A DNA stretch of 64,000 nucleotides, from assembly GCA_965203295.1 (NCBI GenBank), contig CBDBCZ010000015.1, forward strand, positions 544,001 through 608,000, in the 5' to 3' direction. The DNA is from Nitrospirales bacterium. GTDB taxonomy: Bacteria > Nitrospirota > Nitrospiria > Nitrospirales > UBA8639. The notes beneath the pieces were generated by a model. That model was not told the DNA's origin. It searched no databases and saw nothing but the letters and a program-made list of their open reading frames with translations. Numbering within the stretch: position 1 is the stretch's first letter; each line of letters begins with the position of its first letter. The position numbers and the translations under genes were made by a program. Below, one piece after another: positions 27,247 to 39,383 of this stretch.

Positions 27247-27492
27247 ATAAGTAGTAGTAAGTGGGAATAGCTAGCCTCGTTCCCAGGATTCCACACAGCT
27301 TTTGTAGCTTGCTTATTTCGGGGAGAGCCTGGGAACGAGGCTCGGGGATAGCTAGAATGTCAATTTCTTAAACCTTTCATACCATCGGTGTTTCTGAATT
27401 TTGATAGCTACACAAAAAGTATAAAACAGCAAGGGTTCATTTGGGGAAGGTGCATGTGAAACATTCCCGCTCTCCCCCGCCGCTAGAATAAC
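27247..27492 (+). repeat. Second copy of the foldback spacer, including the 72-bp MITE (27272-27343)
   Basis: Near-identical to about 13908-14151, with the same MITE at the same target site. Confidence 0.9.
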
Positions 27493-27949
27493 TTACAGTG
27501 CTCGTGGTGCCCGACATCGCCTGCCTTACATGTTCTCTTGGTATTGCGCATCATAACAAGCTTGCTATTTATATAGTACATAGCCTATAATGACTACCGT
27601 AAAATAGCCCATAATGACTGCTTCACTGACCATAGTCCGTGTTAGTCTCGCGAGCCAGCCTACTTTGATCCTCAGCCCCGATCGCATACTAATTATAGCG
27701 ATCGGCGACACATTTTCAGAAGCCAAGTTTGGAATAAGACGCTCCGGAAGATGACGCCATCGAGAGGCGGGGCTCGATTTGCAGCGAAGCGCTTAATTTG
27801 CATAGTTTTCTGTGTGTTTCGTGGCCCTGAAGAACGCTAACACAGCTAGTCGAAGCGTTGGCAAGAAAAAGTTTTTAGTTTGTCAAAGGTTGGAGAAGTG
27901 TGATAATTCGTAATTCATGGATAGCCAAACAAGAAACCTTCTATCGGTG

Positions 27950-28090
27950 ACATAGTCCTTCCTCCTTTCAGGAGCTATTTTGGCAACAGCAAAAGACAGC
28001 AGCATCGAGGGGTGATTCCCAGGGCGTGCGCTGGCACCTTCTCGTGTTTAGAAGATGCTTGTACATCCATCATTGTTCCAGCTTGACGTA
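27950..28090 (+). pseudogene. P-element/THAP9-like transposase, 5' fragment
   Basis: SFQELFWQQQKTAASRGDSQGVRWHLLVFRRCLYIHH (FWxQQ...RWHP-type block). Confidence 0.7.
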
Positions 28091-28177
28091 AAGGTATTTT
28101 AATGATACAGTTGGCATTATTGTCTTTTCTTATTGTTATCTGGCCATATAGGGCTCAGAGGGGCTCAAATAGATTTA

Positions 28178-30696
28178 CACTGTTTTAAAAGTCATTCCTT
28201 ATATTAAGGGAAAAAACTGTGTACCCCCTACACAGTTTTTCCCCTTAATATTAAGGGAAAAAAACTGTGCCTGTGCTATGTGGTGCACAATTGCTATACC
28301 CCTTATATTAAGGGGAAAAACTGTGTACCCACACACAATATTTTCCCTTATACTAAGGGGAAAAACTGTGTACCCCTAACACAAAAACTGTGTCAAACAC
28401 TGTAGCTGTAAAGGCCATGTGGTATTTTCCTTTGATTAACTAATTATTGCATGGAGCACATACCAACCTGTGCCAGAAGAGGTATCACTCTGCATATCTG
28501 ATTCTGGTGTTAAAAAAACAGTTTGCCAGATTTTGAAAAGCAAGCAGACAAGCTAAGAGGGGCAGTTAGGTTGCTAGCCTAAGTGAAGAAAGACAGGACA
28601 AAATATTGAACAAGAAGGCTCAGAGGCTGTCACTATGATGTTTCCAGAAGATACAGACTGGCTCAAATCTAATCCATGGATAGTTCAGGTAACTGCTCTA
28701 TAGACAGTCCATACTTACCAATTTAAACATGCATTAAATTGTGTGACTACTGTCTGCTACCAGCCTAAGTCTACTGCAATGAATGTGGGCACAGCTACTG
28801 CCTCAAGCGTAGTAGCCAGAGACACCAGCACCCTGCCAGAAAAGATCACAGTTTTGTGTCCTTGATCAGTGAGTCAAGTTTTTCAGAGAAAGAAGAACAT
28901 GTGACAGCTTCACAACAAGGTATGTATAAATTAGACATGCATGTGCTTGCAGGATATGTATATACTATATTCCTCAAGCTCCCCCTGTACATGTATATGT
29001 GGTGATCTAGATCTCAGTCCATTTGTATTTTCAATCACAACTGGTGGAGAGGGGGGAGGCTTATTTTGCCTACGCATACCAAACTTGTCCTCTGATCCTA
29101 AGAACTTAACACTCCTACTTTAACACTTCCGTTTACAGAAGAAAGAGATACCCAGCTGCTTGGGTTGCTTGTGAAAAACTTTGGCTTGACTGCATTCAAG
29201 AACTGGCAACTCGATGCCATCAAGACAGTCATCAACGGCAAGAACACTCTTGTTATCCAGCCTACTGGAAGTGGGAAAAGCCTGTGCTTTAGTTTCCCAC
29301 CCTTTGCCAACGAGAAGCTCTCAGTAGTGATAACCCCCACTGTCATCCTTATGGTTGACCAAGTCAAAGGCTTGATGGAGCATGGCATTAGTGCAGCACA
29401 CTTAGGTGGCGGGAAGAAAGATTTTGAAGTGCTCCCTGACCTGCAGTCTGGCAAGTACAGAGTCATATTTGTAACGCCCGAGAAGTTTTTTATGCCGAAT
29501 GGTCAGCCATACCAGCATTTCACCAACTTGGCATCTGCTGGAAAGATCGGCCTGCTGGCAATTGACGAAGCTCACCTCGTGATAAGCTGGTGTTCATTCA
29601 GGTAAGTCTTTAATGGTAGAAAACTGGTTTATTTAATTTGTGTGATGCATTTTAAAGTTTTGCACTCCTCTGTTTTATCTACTGAATGGTCACTATAGGA
29701 AGTCTTTTGACCACATCAGTCGTCTGCCGAAGCTCTTCCCAAATGTTCCCTTGATGGCCCTGACCGCTACAGCAACCCCTGCTGTAAAAGGAGATGCTGC
29801 GTTACCTACTCGGCAGGGACTGTACTATCGTGCAGTCAAGCGTTAACAGACCCAACATCTACCTGGAGGCTCACGAGCTAAAGCTACCCCAGAATGACCC
29901 AAAACATGGTGAGTTTGTGACACTGCAGTAATACCTCATGTGTGGTGATGTACCAAAAGCCATTATTCGTACAATAATTTGATACACTTTTCAGGGAAGA
30001 ATCGTCATGCGAGGCTGGCAACTGTGATACAGGAGCACATTCGACAAACGAACGCAATGGTCTACCTCGACTTCATTGACGATGTGAATGGGCTAACAAT
30101 TGCACTGAGGGAGAAAGGAGTCCAGAGAGCAGCCTACCATGGAGACAAAATGTCTACACACGACAAGGCCAAAGTCATCGCCAACTGTTATATCATGCTG
30201 TTACAATTGTTTTCCAATGAGAAGATATTATGGTTATTTCCACAGTACATTGACTGCATTGGGGGTGTGGTACGATATTAATTAAGGGAATTAATGTTCC
30301 ATGTGGGGCACACAGTTTTTTCCCTTAGTATTAAGGGAAAATATTGTGTATGGGGTACACGGTTTTTTCCCTTAGTATTAAGGGAAAATATTGTGAATGG
30401 GGTACACAGTTTTTTCCCTTAATAATAAGGAGAAATATTGTGGGTACACAGTTTTTCCCCTTAATATAAGGGGTATAGCAATTGTGCACCACATAGCACA
30501 GGCACAGTTTTTTCCCTTAATATTAAGGGAAAAAACTGTGTAGGGGGTACACAGTTTTTCCCCTTAATATAAGAGGTATAGCAATTGTGTACCACATAGC
30601 ACAGGCACAGTTTTTTCCCTTAATATTAAGGGAAAAAGCTGTGCAGGAGGTACGCAGTTTTCCCCCTTAATATAAGGAATAACTTTCAAAACAGTG
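28178..30696. mobile_element. EnSpm/CACTA-like TIR element (CACTG...CAGTG, TA flanks) carrying a RecQ helicase fragment
   Basis: TA|CACTGTTTTAAAAGTCATTCCTTATATTAAGGG ... CCCTTAATATAAGGAATAACTTTCAAAACAGTG|TA; subterminal arrays of CCTTA..TAAGGG palindromes at 28200-28390 and 30310-30680. Confidence 0.85.
29139..30188 (+). pseudogene. RecQ-family SF2 helicase; three spliced exons, frameshifted and truncated
   Basis: Exons 29139-29601, 29699-29908 and 29995-about 30188 with GT-AG introns in compatible phases. Motifs QPTGSGKS, PTVILMVDQ, IFVTPE, AIDEAH, MALTATA, NRPNI, AAYHG. Frameshift near 29787; motifs V and VI missing. Confidence 0.9.
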
Positions 30697-30713
30697 TAAT
30701 TTTTACCCAACCT

Positions 30714-31160
30714 GGCTCAGAGGTGGTGAAGCTCCCATCACAACACACCCTGCGTGACTGCATGCACTTATCAAATGCAAGTCGTGGGTTTTCTAAGAAA
30801 GTCGACGACATGCTGGTTGAAGCTGCTGAGGTGAAGAGCTGTCTCGAGCACAACAAGTATGCTTTGCTGCTTCTGGATAGGATACATGTACGCAAAGACC
30901 TTGTTTATTACAAATGCACCGGTGAGCTTATCGGCTTCACCAACCTTGGTGACATCAAGGATCACCTATGAAATGGCTATCAGTGGTGGTGTGCAGCCAC
31001 TGTCCCAGGCGATATCTGTGCTGGTTTTCATGTTGTTGAGACTGTTCAACAAGTTGTAGGTCCCCTATCCATAGATCCCATGCAGTACTCTGACACGAGA
31101 GAAGCCGTACACGCCATTCTGGGATGCTGTGTGCGCAGAAATGAAAGTCATGGCCCGAAG
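30714..31160 (+). pseudogene. P-element/THAP9-like transposase, continuation (start of RNase H-like domain)
   Basis: VVKLPSQHTLRD...LLLLDRIHVRKDLVYYKCTGELIGFTNLGDI...VLVFMLLRLF; stops present; follows 27950-28090 in protein order. Confidence 0.8.
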
Positions 31161-31639
31161 GCTAGTACATTAACGCATGTTTATGGTTTAAAAAGCACTT
31201 TACCAAAAAGTGTAAAAACAAACCATGTAGGGATGCACTTCCACCAAAAAACACTTCCCCAAAAACCAAGGAAACAAGCGACAATGCACACCACAATGCA
31301 TGTGCAGACTACCCACACATTACATCGCAATGCATTTACCGCGTAGCTACCATCCCTATACTATGCAAAGTGCTTTTCCTGTAACTTGTTTTGGGGTGTT
31401 TTTTGGAGGTGGTAACAAATGTGTAGGTGTAAATGTGTGTGGTGAATGGTGTTGGAATGGAATGTGTTTGAGGATGTTGTGTGTACATGTAGCAGGGATT
31501 TCAATTTGTACTCCAGTCGACATCAGGAAGGTCTTTGCCTGCATGTGTATGGGGGATGGTAATTTGTATGCAGTATGCCTAATTATTTAAGGGCCGAAAT
31601 GATACACTCAAAACCGACAAAGTATAAAGGCAGTTACCA

Positions 31640-32520
31640 GGGCAGCTTTTCGTACTAGCTAGAGCGGAAAGAAAAGGGCAGCCACACGTACCAGTTACAT
31701 AGATTACCATGACAAGAGACCTTGTAATTTCAAGACCAGCAACCACATGAAGGAACGCGAGAACCTTGCTTTCATGCACTTTCACACTTCCACTCGAGTC
31801 TGGAGATCAGCGATTTTTGTCTTTAAATAACGCCCTTGACAACGTTCTTCGAGAGCTGCGGTTGCAAGGAGTTGACTAAGGAAGCACAGCCATTCACAAA
31901 AGCGGAAGAAGAAATGCTAAGGAAGTCGGGTGTGCTGTCAACAAAGAATGCGAAGATATTGTTGCGTGCAGTTTTTTTTTCCAAATGGAAAGAACTTTTG
32001 TTTGCTAGGGGGGGGAAGAACACCAGCAACTCAAGCTCAGCCAGCTCAAAAAGTTCACTGATCCCCTCAGGTATGCCTACACAGAGAACACGTCTAAGAA
32101 TCGTTCCGGTGGCTTGGCATAGATGCGTGTAAAAAACAAGGCTGTACTAATCGTTGCTGTACCTGAGGCTGGTACTTGATACCATGTTCATGTACTTGAT
32201 CTATACATACCGAAGCTATTTCCAGCAGCGTTCATTCGTGACAATTTCTATGTGCAGCCCTGTTCAACCATTCCCGATGACACCTCAAAACCATGGTTTA
32301 CTGTGAACCCAATTGGGAAGAACTCCCTCTGTAAAATGGTGAAAGAAGTATGCTCTGAGGGAGGAATAAATGGCAGAAAGATCAACTATAGCCTGCGAGC
32401 AACAGGTGCAACAGACCTGTATCAAGCTGGTGTTCCAGAAATTTTAATACAGGAGAGGACTGGACATTTATCGGTTAGTGGGCGTCAGCAGAGACGGTGT
32501 CCAGAATCCTCTCAGCTACA
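31640..32520 (+). pseudogene. Crypton-type tyrosine recombinase (DUF3504-like), inactivated
   Basis: NALDNVLRELRLQGV...PFTKAEEEML...LLRAVFF.NGKNFCLLGGEEH..LKLSQ...YTENTSKN..GG...VLDLYI.KL...PWF...PIGKNSL..MVK...NYSLRATGATDLYQAGVPE..IQERTGH. Stops at 32120 and 32177 and frameshifts; expected catalytic R and H appear as L and Y; the catalytic Tyr segment appears deleted. Confidence 0.88.
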
Positions 32521-33812
32521 GATGGCACAACTTCCCTGAAACAGCTGTCATTGCAGATCGCTTCACGTGTTCCTGTACTACCTCCTGTACCACCTCCTGT
32601 ACAGCTTCCTGTGCTGGTGCCACAAATGAACTTTTTGGCTGTAAGCCACAGTCTTCAGTCCCTCCTTCACTTCCAGCCTTACCCCTGGGCAATATCCTGG
32701 ACCTATAACTGATATTGAGTTTAATGAGTTTTAGTCTGACTAACTTGTTTTGGTTGTTTCTTTGCTTGTAGTTTTCAGTTGTTTTCCAGCTGTCTCTTCA
32801 TTTTGTCTCTTCATTCATTCACTGACTGATTTGGAACGTAAAAATTTAAATTTAAAAATTCACAATTCAAATTTTCATTTTTGTGGTAAGTATAGCCATT
32901 CTTCACACCTGATATAGGTAATTTACACTTGATATAGCTGATTCACCTCTTCTGGGGTATGTTACCCATTTATAGGGCCTCTGTAAACTTAACAACCACC
33001 TAGCAACAGGCTACAAGTGCCCAAAATACCCTATCGTAACTTTGACTCAAAGAAGGGATGGGCGAATAATATGTAGTTTACGGTAATATCTCTACCCTCT
33101 ACAGGTGGCCTGATTATGAGGGTACGCAATCAGGGACGTTGGCATTAGGAGGCGGTTTGGCCAGATGATATGGAGGTGAGTACTATATCTCTAAATCTAT
33201 GCATACAAATAGTCTAGTGTGCGTGCCCACTAATTAGAATGCTGCTTCCAGCGAAGGAGGCAACATTTATATTGAGGTTTACACGGGTCTACACGTGTAT
33301 ACCGGTGTATATTGCCGTATACCTGTGTGCACTTGTGTATACCAGTGTATACCCCTGCGTATACCCGTGTATACTTGTGTATAACTCCGTATACCTATGC
33401 ATACTTGTGTATACCAGTGTATACTTGTGTATACTTGTGCATAAACGTGTATACGTACTTATGTATATTTGTGCATACCTGTGTATACACGTGTATACCT
33501 GTGTGTACATGTGTATACCTGTGTATACTTGTGTATACCCCCGTATAGCCGTATATACTCGTGATTACTTGTGTATATACTTGTGTATACCCATGTATAC
33601 CTGTGTATACTCGTGTATGCTTGTGTATACCTGTGTATACAAGACCATATGAGTGTATCCTCGCGTATACTTGTGTATGCCTGTATATACTCGTATATAC
33701 CCATGTATACTTCTGTATACAAGTGTATACTTATGTATACTCGTGTATATTTGTGTATATTTGTGTTTACCTGTGTGTTTGTGTATACCCGTGTATGCTT
33801 GTGTATGTGTGT

Positions 33813-34209
33813 GTCACGGTGGCAGAGTGTTTAGAGCACTGGACTCACAACCCAAGGGTTGGTGGTTCGAATCCCCTGGTAAATAAATATTATTTTCATC
33901 ATTTATTTGGTGTGAAGTACCATCTCATGTCACCTGTACACACCAGCCCTCCCAGCTCTAATGGGTACCTGGCATTTTCACTGGGGTGCGAATTCAACTG
34001 GCTGCTCTCATGTATCAGCCTTGGTCCAGGTGGGACTTCGGGTGCCAACACCAGATGGTGAGAGAAGCAATCAGTCTTCCTGCGAGCTCCTAGCCCGGCT
34101 CCGGGAGTTTGCCAGCACTGGCCAATAGTACTTGCTTAGTGCTTAAGCAGCTTGGCTTTGCCAGGTGCGTGTGACCGCTTCGTGGCAGGAATAGAATTTG
34201 CATTTGCCT
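33813..34209 (+). mobile_element. tRNA-derived SINE with Nin/Deu-like central motif
   Basis: A-box TGGCAGAGTGT (33820-33830); B-box GGTTCGAATCC (33864-33874); no full cloverleaf; CCCTCCCAGCTCTAATGGGTACCTGG at about 33947-33972; GC-rich 3' part. Confidence 0.75.
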
Positions 34210-34449
34210 AACATGCTTGTGTATACTAGTGTATACGTGTGTTTACCACTGTATACCAGTGTATACTTGTGTATACCCATGTATGGTTGTGCATGTCATG
34301 TGTTTACCCATGTATAAGTGTGTATACTTGTATATACTCTTGTATACTTGTGTATACTAGTGTATACCTGGTCATACTTGTGTATACCAGTGTCTGCCTC
34401 TGAATGCCTGTGTATGCCTGTGTATGCCTGTGTATACCTGTGTATACTA

Positions 34450-35151
34450 GTTTGTAGCAAGGTACGTGGGTGGTTCAAAGCACCGACAGTGCAATATATT
34501 CCATACAGCACTCGCTTCTAGTGCAATATCCATATTGCACCGCATAACGGCATATATTTCACCAGAAGCCTTAGCGACTACAGCTAGGTAGGCTCTCTAG
34601 AGCTCTGTAGACATTCACCGGATGGTACGTGGCTGGATATTTCGCAGACAAGCTTCAAAAACGTACTATAATTCAGTTAGCTTGACCGGCAAGGCTCTCT
34701 AGAGCTTTGTAGACACTAACCGAAAGGTACCTAGCTGGAAACGGTAAGCATGACAAAAAGGCTTTAACAACTCAAAATCTTCTCAACTATCACAGACAGC
34801 ACTCCTAGCAACTTTATTGAACATGAAAGGCAGCTAGAGGCTACAACAGAACACCGATCTAGCTCTCGCTTAGCCACAACGGCAGGCAGTATGACTCTCT
34901 ACAAACTACAGACAGATGTGGAGTAACTTACCTTGCTTTCCGATGCCGAGCGCTCTTACTGCTCAAACCAATGAGCCATTCCACTCGCTATTCCATGCTA
35001 CAAACAAGTTAAACCACAGCTTGAAGAGGACTGTATGGGAAATCCACTCGTGTAATGATTAAACAAGAGCCCTTGGGCTTCGCCCTCGTGCTCTAATTGA
35101 ATTATTGCACTCACGTATTTCCCATACAGCCCTTGGAGTTGTGGTTTAACC
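34450..35151 (-). mobile_element. Hairpin element E4
   Basis: GTTTGTAGCAAGG (34450-34462) / CCATGCTACAAAC (34993-35005); hairpin 35007-35151 with apex CCCTTGGGC-TTC-GCCCTCGTG. Confidence 0.82.
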
Positions 35152-35154
35152 TAT

Positions 35155-35502
35155 ACTTGTAGCCCTTGAAGCCATACTATCAAAGGCACCGACTGGGCAA
35201 TATATGCCATAATGCTCTGTAGTAACCCCAGAGGAGGGCAATAACAGGTTATTGCCCTGTGGCTTACCACAGAGCAGGGCAATAACCTGTTATTGTCCTG
35301 TGGTTGCAGCTGTACACTTGAAGGAAGCCACTGATGGTAAGCTGAGCATGCACTGGAAGCCATAGGGCTACAAATCTGTTAAACCAAGCCACCTGCAGGC
35401 TGTATGGGGCACTCATGCAATAATTATCTAATTAGAGCCCTAATTAGTTATCGCACTCGTGTGCTATAAATTCCATACAGCCCTTGGTGGCTGGTTTTAA
35501 CT
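35155..35502 (-). mobile_element. Hairpin element E5 (apex missing), tandem to E4
   Basis: ACTTGTAGCCCT (35155-35166) / AGGGCTACAAAT (35364-35375); hairpin 35378-35501 with arms related to E4. Confidence 0.75.
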
Positions 35503-36350
35503 AATAACGTATACACGTGTATACCTGTGTATACTTGTGTATACTTAATTATACCCGAGCATACATCTGTATACCTGTGTTTGCTTGTGTATACCTGTGT
35601 ATGCGTGTACATGTGTGTATACCCGTGTATACTTGTGTATACCTGTGTATACTCGTGTATACTTTGTATACATATGTATACTTGTGTATAACCGAGTACA
35701 CCTGTGTGTAATATTCGTGTATGCTTGTGTATAACAGTGTACACCTGTGTATACTTGTGTATACCTTTGTGTGTACTTGTGTATACCTGGTGTACTTGTG
35801 TATACTTGTGTATACCTGTGTGTACTTCTGTATACCTGGTATACTGGAGTATACCCGGTATACTGGTGCATACCTATGTATACTTGTGTATATTCCGTAT
35901 ACTTATGTATACTTCTGGATATTCTTGTATACCCATGTATACTTGCATATACTTGTAAACCCCTGTAAACTAGTATACCTGTTAATGCTTGTGTATACAT
36001 GTGTATACCTGTGCATATTAGTGTATACCGGGTATACTTGTGTATACAAGGTTTGTACCAGAGTGCACCTGTGTATACCCTTTATCTAGTGTATACCCAC
36101 GTATGCTTTGGTACATCCACTTATACCTATGTATACCCACGTATACCACCAGTGTATACCAGTGTATGTTTGTGTATACTTGTGTATACCCGGGTTTAGC
36201 TCTTCATACTTGTGTATACACGTGTATAGTTGTGAATACTTGTTTATACCCGTGTATACTTGTGTAGAGTAATATACATTGGTGTATACTGGTGTATATT
36301 TGTGTATACATGTGTATACCCGTGTATAATCGTGTACACTTGTATGTATT

Positions 36351-36667
36351 CTTGTACCACAATGCACCTCTACATGAAAGGCACCGCCCAGGGTATATCA
36401 GCCTACACCCTAGCGACTCATTTGAACCGTCAATATAACCTAGGGTATATGGTTGCAAGGCAACATGCTTCTCCATTAGCACTTGTTATAACTAACAGCG
36501 TTTGTAATTGTATTATGGTACAAGTCACCTGTACCATGGGTTTCTAGGGTGTATGGGTTTGAACTCTTCGTGCAGTTATAGGTATTCCCTCGGGCTGCGC
36601 CCTCGGGAATACATATAACTGCCCTCGGAGTACAAATCCAATACACTCTAGAAACCCATGGTACAAC
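36351..36667 (-). mobile_element. Hairpin element E6
   Basis: CTTGTACCACAAT (36351-36363) / ATTATGGTACAAG (36512-36524); hairpin 36530-36665 with apex CCCTCGGGC-TGC-GCCCTCGGG. Confidence 0.85.
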
Positions 36668-37001
36668 TATTACATGTATACTTGTGTACACCTGTCTACA
36701 CTTGTGTATACCTTTGATATACCCGTGTGTACTTGTGTATACCTGGTACATTTGTGATACTTGTATTTATCTGTGTGTATTTGTATATGCCCGGTATACT
36801 TGTGTATACTTGTGTATGCCGGGCATACTTGTGTTTACCCTCGTATACCCATATATACTCGTGTATACTTGTGTATTCTATTGTATACTGTGGTACACAT
36901 GTGTATACACTTGTATACCTGTGTATACCCGTGTTTTTCTGTGTATACCCGTGTTTTCCTGTGCACATTTGTGTATACCGCTGTATACCTGTTTATGTAT
37001 A

Positions 37002-37738
37002 GGATAGATCACTGCGTAGCGGGGTGTATGACCCGTTATCTACCGCGGGAAAAGTTATCACCCGCGGAAGCCTAGAAAGTTCCGAGGGCGAAGCCTGAGG
37101 TACTTCCGAGGCTTCCAAGGGAGATAACTTTTCCAAGGTAGATAACAGGCCATACAACCCACTACGCAGTGATCTTTCTATTTTGTACTATGCCTAAGTC
37201 ATTCTAACAAGAGTTTGTAGATCTGTAAGAAAAGCTAGAGGCTTGAAAGGCTGCACCGTTCGGCACAATAGAGCAAGCGGGCCAACTAGCATCAAGACTC
37301 GATCGATGGAGTAGAAGGCTAAGCTAGAGCAAGGAAAACATTCCCAGAAACTGTAGCAAGACTGAACGACTGCTAGGAGCCATAGTAAGTAACCATCCAT
37401 CCCGAGCCTAGTGCCATTTGACACAAAACGGTAGGATGGCAGCGTTACCACACGCACAAAAACACAGAATCTCAGCGAAACTAGAAAACAGTAGCTTACC
37501 GTACTTCTCCATATAACTTTCCAACGATTTATGGGTAAAATAGCTGCCATACGATCTGCCTAGGCTCCCCCAGCCACCAGCTACTGTAGCTTTCTCACCG
37601 TTTGAACGACTGGAACGGAACCGGGTACCGTTTTACGTGGGCAATCGGGGTATATTTTTCCCACGGTAGAATATGTCCCGTTATCTATGCGAAATGCTGA
37701 AATCTGATTGGTTAGAATGACTTAGGTATAGTATAAAC
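37002..37738 (+). mobile_element. Hairpin element E7
   Basis: Hairpin 37006-37175 with apex CCGAGGGC-GAA-GCCTGAGG; inverted pair TACTATGCCTAAGTCATTCTAAC (about 37186-37208) / GTTAGAATGACTTAGGTATAGTA (37711-37733). Confidence 0.85.
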
Positions 37739-37911
37739 TTGTATATACACATGTATACTTGTGTATACCTGTGTATGCCAATGTATATGCTTATATGCAG
37801 TGTATACCCACGTGTTCCAGTGTATACCAGTGTATACTTGTGTATACCCTTGTATAGTTGTACATACATGTGTATTCCCGTATATGCGTGTATACTCACG
37901 TGTGTATACAT

Positions 37912-38242
37912 GTTTGTAGCATGGCAGCCATACAAATCAAAGGTACTGCCTACAGTTTATATAGTGTAGAAGTGTTCTAACTGCCAGGCGTGTTCTAACT
38001 TCCAATTAGTGGTAGTTAGAACATGGCAATTAGGGAAGTTAGAACACGGCAGCTGTTGCAGCTGTCACAGTGCCTTTGATGTGTATGGCTGTCATGCTAC
38101 AAACCAGCTAAACCACCCCCTAGACACGTTTACCAGCAATACACTCGACAGTTCCAGGTAAACCCCTCGGGCTTCGCCCTTGGGGTTTACCTGGAACTGT
38201 CTCGTGTATTACTGGTAAACGCGTCTAGGGGGTGGTTTAACT
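37912..38242 (-). mobile_element. Hairpin element E8
   Basis: GTTTGTAGCATGGCAGCCATACA (37912-37934) / TGTATGGCTGTCATGCTACAAAC (38082-38104); hairpin 38106-38242 with apex CCCTCGGGC-TTC-GCCCTTGGGG. Confidence 0.85.
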
Positions 38243-39383
38243 ATAACATATACCTTTGTAAACAAGTGTATACCCGTGTATACTTGTCTATACTTGTGTA
38301 GTTGTGTATACTTTAGTAAACCCATATATACTTGTGTTACTTTGATATACTTGTGTATACCTGTGTATACTTCTTTATACCCGTGTAAACTTGTGTAAAC
38401 TTGTATGTAATTGTGTAAACCCGTATATACTTGTGTATGCTTGTATATACTTTAGTATACCTGTGTATACATGTGTATACCCGTGTAAACTTGTGTATAC
38501 TTGTGTATACCCTTGTATTATTGTTTACACTTATGTATGCTTGTTAATATTTTCTGTGTACACCCGTGTAAGACTCTGTTTACCGGTGTATACTTGTTCA
38601 TACCCGTGTATACGTGTGCATACTTGTGTGTAACTGTGCATACTTGTGTATACCATTGTGTACGTGTCTATACGTATGTATGCCAGAGTATACCCATGCA
38701 GAGCTGTGTATGCTTGTGTATACACGTGTATAGATGTGTATACTTGTATATACACACGTATAATTGTTTATACTTGTGTAAACATGTGTATACCTGTGTA
38801 AACTTGTGTATACCAGGTTATAAAATGTATAAACCTCTGTATACCATTGTATATTCGTGCATACCCGTGTATACATGTGCATACTCGTGAATTCTCGCGT
38901 ATAATTGTGTATATTTATTTATACTCCATGTATACCTCTGTATACATGTGCATACTTGTGAATTCTCGTGTATAGTTGTGTATACGTATTTATACTCATG
39001 TATACCCATGTATATACTTATGCATACTTGGATATACTTGTGTATACCTGTGTATGCTTGTTTATACCTGTGTAAACATGTGTAAACTTGTGTATACTTG
39101 TGTATACCTATGTATACTTGTTTATACTCGTGTATACCTGGGAATACTTGTGTATACTATTGTATACCCGTGTATAGTTGTGTATACATGTGTATTCTGT
39201 GTATATGTGTGTATACTTGTATATACCTTCGTAAACAAAATTATAAACGTGCATACTTGTGTATAGTTGTGTATACTTGTGTATGCCTGTGTATAATTGT
39301 GTATGCTTCTGTAAACCCGTATATCCTTGTATATTTATACTTATGTATACGTGTGTATACATGTGTATACCCATGTATACTTG

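Noticed and set aside
33813..33885. Functional tRNA-Val(CAC)
   Set aside because: Anticodon and acceptor stems do not pair, and it continues into a SINE-like body.
34020..34130. HDV-like ribozyme in the SINE tail
   Set aside because: TTCCTGCG resembles an L3 loop, but I could not build the P1/P2/P3 pseudoknot.
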